Position numbers and translations under genes: made by a program. Shown here piece after piece: positions 55,101 to 64,000 of a stretch of DNA of 64,000 bases; the first letter of the stretch is position 1; the number at the start of each line of letters is the position of its first letter. The stretch is from the human T2T-CHM13v2.0 reference genome, Homo sapiens: NCBI RefSeq assembly GCF_009914755.1, contig NC_060928.1, one strand, 5' to 3'. The notes below the pieces were generated by a model, which searched no databases, was not told where the DNA came from, and worked only from the letters and a program-made list of their open reading frames with translations.

Positions 55101-57809
55101 GAAGTTATTGTTCATCCACTGAGATACATTGGCTTTAAAGTGGGTATTTTCAATATTTTTAATACCCTTCCCAAGCCTTTAGTTTTTAGAAATTGTTATT
55201 AAAGGTTTCACTGTGTTTCATCCACGTCTGAGATCCATAAATATCTTAAGAATAATCTTTTGTGGGAGAGAGGTGGATAATTCATTAATGTATCTTATAT
55301 ATATCTTATACAGACCTTAATTTACATGAGACTATTTATATTCTATTTATTCTGCAACTATTACTTCAAATTCTACTGGAGTTGTTACACCATGTATTGT
55401 TTATGAAAGTGTTGCCTATTTAAATTTGAAATACTCTGATTTTTAATAGACAGATATACCAAAGAATTTAAGAAGGTAGACCTTTATTTATTAGGCTATA
55501 TTATAATGATCCCTTCAGAATGTGTTCCACTTACTTATACTGGGCTCACAGGATTGACATGCAGACTTTCACTCTACTGTTTCAAATTGATCCAAATTAT
55601 ACTGCATAAGATAGCTAGATACCTAGATATATAGTTTATATTATACTATTTAATAAGTTTGCTATGGTTCATTGTTGTGGATTATAAAGGTGGGAGGGGT
55701 TTTCAGGAAAGACATTTTTCTGACTGTACTTATTCCAGCAGATTTCCTGGAAAGTTCTCAGAATTGACTCATAGAAAGATCTCTTTGAATAAAATATAGG
55801 AAATGAATTGGAGGACAATAAGACAGTGACAGGATACCCTTTAATGTTCCCAGGAGTTGGTGAATCAAGTTGAAGGGCAAATTCTACTTACAATTAAAAG
55901 GCTCTGCATTAGAAAAGTAGGTATATTAATTCCTTACTGTCCAACTTGGGATATTGGCCAAAATGAATTGTCCTGTTATAGGTTCCTTTCTTCATGCAGC
56001 TAGCTGTTTTGTCTAGGAAAATAATGTACAATCTGTGCTTAGATAACCAAATAGAGCAAATAACACAGATGTTTTATGAGATTTATAGTTAAATAATATG
56101 TGAAATATTTCTTTCTAGGTAGATAACTATCTGTGTTAGAGTCAATGATTTAGTCTCCACCATATGCTTTCAAATTCTATTTTATGTCCTTTCCAAGTAA
56201 AGATATGAAAAACACTATACTGAGATCAGTAATGATACTGAATATAATTTTCTGGATAGTTTCAGCGATCCCTCTGAGGCACATTCTCTGCACTATTTTT
56301 GCCCAGACAGTAGGCTTGTTTCTCATTAGTTAGGAGAGAGAAGAGTGTCTTTCAACATGCTGTGGAACTCTCATCTCAAAAAGACAAGCCAGGGAGTTGC
56401 ACAGCTATAGGTTAACCCTGGATGTTCCTTAAAAGTACCAGATTTTGTCAGTAGAGTGCATAGTGATCATACACTTCATACTAGGCTCTGGGGAGGAATC
56501 TCTGTTTAAAATAGGTTTCAGTTGTTCATTAATAGCATGCCTGTCCAAAACAAATAATAAACTCTGAAGCAGGAAGCTGTTGCTTTTAACTCACCTAAAC
56601 TCAAAGACTAAGGGTAAAAGTTTTGTTTTCTAACTTCCACATACAAAATTAAAGATAAAGATCACATGAAATTTTCCAAAAAGTTTTCTGAATTAAGAAT
56701 AATTTGAATCCATATAACTGGAGCCTTGGTAATTATTTTAGATGTGAATTTACAGAATAGCTCACAGAATATATGATATAATACACATGTATTTAATATA
56801 TAAATTTTGAATACATCCAACATGATGAGTAACATTTAGAGGTATAAATTAGAAAGAAATATTATTTAAGTATTATTTTTTTCTGACAGATTAAAATAAT
56901 ATTCTCCAAAATAATATATTTATGGCTAAGACAAAGGGAAACGTGATGAGAATGGAACACATTTATACACTGGTCAGAATTTCACGCAACTAGCTGAATA
57001 TTTCTCTCTCTCTCTTCTTTCTCCTCTCTTTACTTTCCTAAAATTTACACCACAGCTCTCATCAATTTCACATATGCAATTGAACTATGATATTGCTTGA
57101 AGATTTACAAAGAAAAGGGCCATTTTGAATACCTCTGTGCATTTTCTACTGCAATCTCTCACCTAAAATCTTGCTCCTCTTTTACATTTATTAACCCAAA
57201 AATCATCCCCCTATTGAAATCTCTGAAAAATGCCTTTACATGCTAGATATCGTTGTTATTATCAAGATGTTATGTTCTCACAGAGTTTTGAGCATATTTC
57301 TGGTGCAATGTTCATCATATCATGTTATAGTTACTAGACAATACATCTATCCAGCCCAGGCATATCATGAGTTTTGAGAAGGCATGGACTATATTCCCAT
57401 TCTTTATTTGCCTCTTATCATAGGTCCTAACCTATGGTATGATATGAAGACACAGCCCAACAAACTAGTATTACTAAAAGCTTTGACTTATTTTAGTAAA
57501 ATTTAAACTTGATATAATATTGTGCATCAAACAATCATAACATGTACATAATACCCATGAAATCAAAAATAAATTATATATAGTAGCATCTGCCAATTAT
57601 GTTTCAAATAATTACTGTAAATGTACTCTGTAGTGACATTTTAATTGTAAGAATACTAATATTTACTTTGAATTTGCAAATTATTTTAAACAAATCATAT
57701 ACTATGATTCAAAATGATAATCTGTGAAAATATTCCTTTAGTGTTGTTTATTTAAAACCATTGTCTGCCATTTTAGAGAAAATAGTAATAGTAATAATAA
57801 TATTAACTA

Positions 57810-58030
57810 ACAATTATAGAGGATTTAATATGTTTCAAGCACTGTTCCAAGTGACACCTTATTTAATCACTAAAACCATCCTGCGATGCTGACAGTATTG
57901 TTTTACCTGGTTCACAGAATGGGAACCAAGATCCAGAGGTATTTAATAGTCTGACTAGAGTCAAGGAGGTAGTGACTAGAGAAGTTAGCTTTCAAAAATA
58001 GCTATTTAGTTGCCAGAGCTTTTGTTCTTA
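57810..58030 (-). mobile_element. MIR remnant
   Basis: 'aagcactgttccaagt...ttatttaatcactaaaaccatcctgcga...cacagaatgggaaccaagatccagag'. Confidence 0.55.
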
Positions 58031-61000
58031 ATCAGTTGGATGAGACATACTATTTATTATCCAATTTAAAGATGCAGCTAATCATAAATTCAAATTTCAT
58101 GAGGAAAAATGTGTATTTGTTAGTGATCACTAAGCAAATGTATATTCATGATTCAAAATAAAAATGATTCTGGTTCCTTTTCAGAGCATTACGGTCTTAG
58201 ATCTATGAGAGATGGATTTATGTTAAATATTCTATTTCTCTACTTAGGCCACTCTGAGATCAATAGCATAATTTTATTTCTTAAAAGTGTTTAGGAAATT
58301 ATCTATGTCATTTGAACCCAGTATTTCTTCTCATAAAATGAGGTGTTAAGAGACTAAGTAGGTCTCATTAGAACCACAATCTGAGAACTGGTTTACATAT
58401 CTCGTAATAATATGTATAGATGAATGCAGTCATTAGCAACAGCAAAAAGTGTATATGACTGGAATAATTTTGAAGAAAATATATATTTTAGGATCAGAGT
58501 TATTAAATATCTGACATAAATGTGAAAATATCTCTTCTATGTGAGCTTTGAGAATCTGCATCATATACATCAGTCAGATAAAGAAAATTGATGCCATTGT
58601 CAATAGTTCAAATACTGGACATTTACTATAGGAAATTGGCCTCAAAGGACACAGAAGGGCTATACGTACAACCGAAGACGAGCCAAGAGAAGACCATAAA
58701 GAAAGAAAAGGTAATATCTGGAGCACACAAGATATTAATTTCCCAGGCTGGAGTCTGTATACCCAAACTTGCTAAAACATGATTGAAAATGCTCTGGTAC
58801 TCTATTCTGGATTCACAAAAATAATGACAGAAGCAGCAACAACAAACACTGTTTCTCCTTGGACTGCTATGTATGGACACAAATCATACCACCCCCAAGC
58901 TGTTTCAGTCATTCACAGCAAATGCTACCTCTTGGTGTTAGAAACAAGTTTTGCTTGTCCTTCCAGATTCTCATTACCTACCAGCACCTTCTATTGGAAG
59001 CACCTAACAGAATATCAGTTGGCAAGAGAAATATAGTTTGCACAACCCCAGCCCAGCAATGCACAGGGGAAATTAGAAGGTGGGTGTTGAGCCGGGAGAC
59101 CAACATATTAATAACTAGCGTGACGTGCTACATGAAAAATTACCGTCCCAACTCCTATGTCTATAGTCCAAGAAGCTTTTGTTTTTGTTTCCTTGAAGTA
59201 TTGGTGCTTTTTAGGGCATCCCATTTACAATATAAACTTTGAATTCTTTTGAAAAGCATCATGGAATTTGGAGAATAAAGGAACCTGATCCTTAGCTATC
59301 TGATTTTGAGTCCATTTGCTAATTCATGTTGGGTCTACACTGCAGCAGGACACAACAATCAACAGTGTATTCAGTTGTTTTTTAAACCAGTACTGTTGAA
59401 AGATAAATCAACCTTGAGAACTTTAATAGTAATGACAGGCAGGCATGATGGTGAAAACCTAAGGAGTACTTAGAGATACCAACTTACCTGATGAAAACTG
59501 TTTGTCTGTCTCAATAAACCCTTGAAATTATAATCTATCCATCTGAATTACTTACTCGTATCTCTGTATGTCTACTCTACCACACTGTCCTACAATCTTT
59601 TCGTACAAATATCCTTTTAGTGTCAGTTTAGGGAATTTTCTATGTGAACTACTAAATCTAAACAGGTATGCAAAGAGTTGTAAATTTTTTAAGTTTGGTA
59701 AGATAATGCTAACTCTCATAAACATGGTTAACTAAATCAATGAAAACAACTAGAGATATGTATTAAAATAATTTTAAAAAGTAATAAATAATTAGAAAAC
59801 CTAAAGATTATTTAAAAGTTCTTATTTTCTATGTAATTTTAAACCAGTGTAGATTTTGTGGAATAAATGGACAAAGGATAATATAAAATGATCAAATTCC
59901 CTGCTTTCATTCATGGTTTTGTGATCTTTGACACATTATTTAATCTTGCTCTCTCTTAGCAAATATTGAACATTTTTAGGTATTGGGCACTATACTTTTC
60001 TCATTAATAATATCATGTAATTCTCACAACAGCCTTAAGCTGTGAGTACTATTATTCTTATTTCATGGAAGTACAAAATTAAAATTCAGATAGATATCTT
60101 AGCTCAATTTGTCAATTGTGAAGTTTCTGTTCATTTAGCACTACAATAGACTGCCAAACTTTTAAAGCTATGTTGATTAACTTTGTTTTCACAGATAAAA
60201 ACAGTAACAGGTATTCGTAGCATCATAAGAAATTAGTGAAATAACATACATAAAGTAATGACTACATTCTCTGGTACCTTGTTGGTCAGTCATTGAATTT
60301 GTACCCCATTTCATCATTCCATTATATTAGAATAAAACAAAACAAATTAACAAAGAAAAAAGATTTCAGAAAAACAGTGTTATTTCTCAAGGGCAGATTC
60401 TATGCCAGTATGACAATAAAAATACACACTTTTAATTAATTTATTAAAGTTAAAAGTTGATAATGTAGTTTCCTAGACATACCAGTGGATCATTAAGTAA
60501 ATCCACAGAAAAATCCCTATTATAAAATCAAAAGATTGATTCAATTTTCATCTTATGAAGGTTTCCACTTCAATGTATCTCATTATATAATGAGATAGAA
60601 AATTTAAGTTTTATATTTATTTACTCATTTATTAACAACTGCATATATATATACACACACATATATATGAGTGCCCATTATCTGCCAAAAACCATGTTAG
60701 AAATTTAAACTATTAAAAGAAGACATTCTGAGCAGATTCAGAAGCGTAACATGGAAACTGCTATATCATGATAGTACATAAGTGGGCCACTTAAACTAAT
60801 CTCCCAAGCACATGACATAGAAGAAACAAATATCTCTCAGAATATATGTCCCAATGTTGGAGTCAAATTGTAAACTGTGATTATGCATTGATGAGATGTC
60901 TTTTCATGTTTTAGTCATACTCATAACCTCCAGGAGATAGTTTACCAAAATCAGCCTTACCAGTACAGCCACAATAGCTGGACTTCAATAAAAGAGATTT

Positions 61001-62374
61001 CTTTTAGAAAATGTGTTAAGTCCTCTCCTTTGAATAAAATGTGGTTGATTTTTGCTTCTGTTTTTAGTGTTTGTGATGTTTCTTAATACCTGAAGATAGA
61101 ACACGTTAGAAATTCAAGTATCCCTAATCTAATAATGAGAAATACAAGTATTTCTTATCTGATAATGCAAGATACCCAAAGTTTTCTGAGTTTGCCCTGT
61201 TTGGGCCTATAATTAGTTAATCTTTCTATACTTACAACTGATAAATTTCCACCTAAATAGTGTCTTCAATCATAATTTCCCTATTTAAAATATATTTAAG
61301 CTAATTTCCCTATTTAGACATATTTTTTGCGTATTTTATCATGCATGATATAGTTAAATCCATAAATTTGAATTTAACCAAATTTAAGGTCCTAAAATTC
61401 AAAAACTAAAATTTATGATATGTATTTTAGTATTTACTTTTTAAATAATCATATGATAACACTAATCAATAATTGTTAATGTCTTAAAAATTCACTGATG
61501 TGATATAACAGTTGAGACTATTAACTGGCATTATAAATCTGCTAATTTTATTTTCATTGTAAAAGCATAACAAACTTTTTTGCTCTAAAAGAATCTAATT
61601 GAAAATTCCAAACATACAGTGTATAATTTTGAAAGAATAAAATAATTTCTCACTGTTTTATTTTTCTTTCAGCATTTCATGCTCTCAGTTAAAAAATGTT
61701 TCATTTAAACAACAAAAAAAACTTGTATATTGTTTTTACTGTGAAGTCAGAAATAGCTATATCTTTCCTGTGTTTCTTTTGACAGAATTAAATTGCATTT
61801 CTGATGTGTCAAACTGGAAACTATCTTGTTGGCTTATGACATGGTGCAACACAAATATATGTATAAAGTGTATCCCAGTGTGAAAAATTACAAGTATTTT
61901 TTAATATTAAATACCAGCTATCAATTCACACTTCTATATAGCAATGGTTTGGATTTTCATAAAGTGGCAAATGAAAATAACCTAAGTATATATGTTCACA
62001 TAAAGCGTGAGCAAGTCATTTTTGTGTCTGTCTTATCTTTCAAAAATTCAAAGCCTTTTCTAATTTAGTTCTTGTTTTATATTTAAAGCTATTTGCAATA
62101 CAACATTTTTATAAAATTTTGATTCTCAATTACAGCATAATACTTCATTTTAGGTTGATATCATCATTATGCTATAGTAAAGAGTTTGCAAATTTAAATT
62201 AATTTATTGGCCTCAATATCTTTTAAATTTAAAATAAAAATTTATTATTATCTGGGATCAATTATCATCCTAGAAATAATGAGTTTACTTAAACAATATA
62301 TATATGTACCTATGGTGGTGATGTAGCTGAGGACAGAGTTTAAATAAAGCCAGAGACAAACTTATAGATGCGGA

Positions 62375-62450
62375 TAGAGGAGAAAAAAAGACAGAGAGAG
62401 AGAAGAAAAAGAAGGAGTTGGAGGAGGAGGAGGAGGAGGAAGAGGAGATC
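62375..62450 (+). repeat. GA-rich / (GGA)n low-complexity tract
   Basis: Purine-rich run including 'ggaggaggaggaggaggagg'. Confidence 0.85.
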
Positions 62451-62699
62451 AGACTTAATCGATATATCTAATATTTGAGCTGGACAGTTTACAGTATTGA
62501 ATCACTCCAATACCCTAAATCTGAGAAAAATGCCTGTTTGTAATTTATAAAATGTCTCCATGTTATGTCCTAAATAATACTGTCATTCTGAGCACCACTA
62601 ATTGAATCAGAAATTAACACCTGAACCAAAGAAAGCCATTCCTCATTTTCCCAATGGCCAATAGAGTAGATTGGGGAAAAACAGTATTGAATAGTGTTT

Positions 62700-62900
62700 A
62701 AATTCTATTTTGCTTCATTATTTACTAGCCACGTGACCTTGGCACTTTATTTAACTTCCTCGCAATTTACTTTTATTACCTCTAAAATAAGAAAAATATT
62801 ATAAATGTCTAATAATTTTTTTATTAAGCAATAATTGAGATGCCATCTCTAAAAATTTAGAATCAGTAATAGCATATAATAAAACATTCCGTATTGCTTA
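62700..62900 (+). mobile_element. MIR remnant
   Basis: 'atttactagccacgtgaccttggcactttatttaacttc' resembles the MIR core. Confidence 0.55.
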
Positions 62901-63174
62901 GTGACTAACAGACTTTTTCTTATTGAGGAAATAGATGCAAAAGGAGTTGCAAAGTGCAGTGGAAATTAGCAATATAGCAATGCAGACAGCAACACACAAA
63001 CACACACACTTACACATTCACAAAAAATGATCAAGATAATAGCAACTGTGAGGTAGCAATAATGATACCCTAAAGATTATTCATTTGGAAGAACTTAAGG
63101 TACTAAAAATAGAGGCCATATCTCATAAAGATTGATACCCTCTACCCCTAGTTATCAGCATGTCTTGGAAAGGT

Positions 63175-63547
63175 TCCCTCTCTTTCCTCTCCTCCCCTCC
63201 CATCCCCTCCCCTCCCCTCTCCTCCTCTCCTCCCCTTCCTTTTTCTTTCTTTCTTTCATTTTCAGGAAACAAGGTCTCTGTTGCCCAGTCTGGAGTGCAG
63301 CAACTGATCACAGCTCACTGTAGTCTCAAACTCCTGGGCTCAAGTTATCCTCACACCTCAGCCTCACAAGTAGTTAGGACTACAGGCATGCAACACCACG
63401 CCCAGTTTATTTTTTGTTTTTAAATTTTTGTAGAGGCAGAGTGTCACTATGTTGCCCAGCTTGATCACAAACTTTGAATCTTAATTGATCTTTCTGCCTT
63501 GGCCTCCAAAGTGCTGGGATTATAAGTGTGAACCAACATGTTCAGCC
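63175..63547 (-). mobile_element. AluJ with CT-rich tail (63175-63260)
   Basis: 'gatcacagctcactgtagtctcaaactcctgggctcaagttatcctcacacctcagcc' is the AluJ signature. Confidence 0.9.
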
Positions 63548-63822
63548 TGGAGAGGTTTTCTATACCCCTGAGCCTTGTAAGAGAGAAAATATCTTAGAAG
63601 ATATGGGATGTGAAAAAATAATACATCTTAAATTGTCATATATACATGCCTACTACAGGGATATCATTTGGGATAAGAGGGAAGAGGGGATTCTCAGTAC
63701 AGTGGAATGAATAGTCTCATCATCAGTATTAATAAGAATATCTCAGTTAAGATCTAACAATTTTAAGAAGACTAACAAACAAGTTTATTTTGTATTCATG
63801 TAGTGGTCCAGGCATGTTTGCC

Positions 63823-63825
<3 letters not shown>

Positions 63826-63869
<44 letters not shown>
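63826..63869 (+). repeat. (TG)n microsatellite
   Basis: Uninterrupted TG run. Confidence 0.97.
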
Positions 63870-63870
<1 letters not shown>

Positions 63871-64000
63871 CATTCTCCAGTGGCTGGCTTTTTTCCAGGA
63901 AGTGATTGAAGGACACTTCTCTCCTTGGTTCTGCCCATGCCTATCATCATCTGCCTTAAGTTAGAAGACAGTAAAAAGGCAAGAAAGCAATGATTACTTC

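Noticed and set aside
58588-59242. Cluster of overlapping ORFs of 64-127 aa
   Set aside because: No recognisable protein motif, non-ATG starts in some, no poly-A or TSD. More likely chance ORFs, perhaps in a decayed LTR.

Overview
AT-rich primate, most likely human, non-coding DNA. I see no supportable protein-coding exon, RNA gene or CRISPR array. Every informative ORF in the track is a remnant of a transposable element (Alu, L1 ORF2, HERV-H pol/env). The window is mostly interspersed repeats: a FAM, about ten Alus, several L1s, L2/MIR remnants and MaLR LTRs. It also holds a truncated MER61-like ERV with a tRNA-Lys-type primer site and a three-level nest: an MLT1-like element, then a MER51B-like provirus, then a 2.2-kb HERV-H. 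Two structures stand out. (1) A near-perfect inverted repeat at 15750-16821 (about 350-bp arms, about 96% identical, 367-bp spacer) made of sequence I cannot assign to any TE. (2) A scrambled mini HERV-H at 22028-24262, with integrase upstream of RT, no TATA/R/U5/PBS in the 5' LTR, and two discordant U3 regions. Repeat family names come from recalled consensus sequences and need RepeatMasker/Dfam confirmation. Boundaries of the old repeats are approximate.
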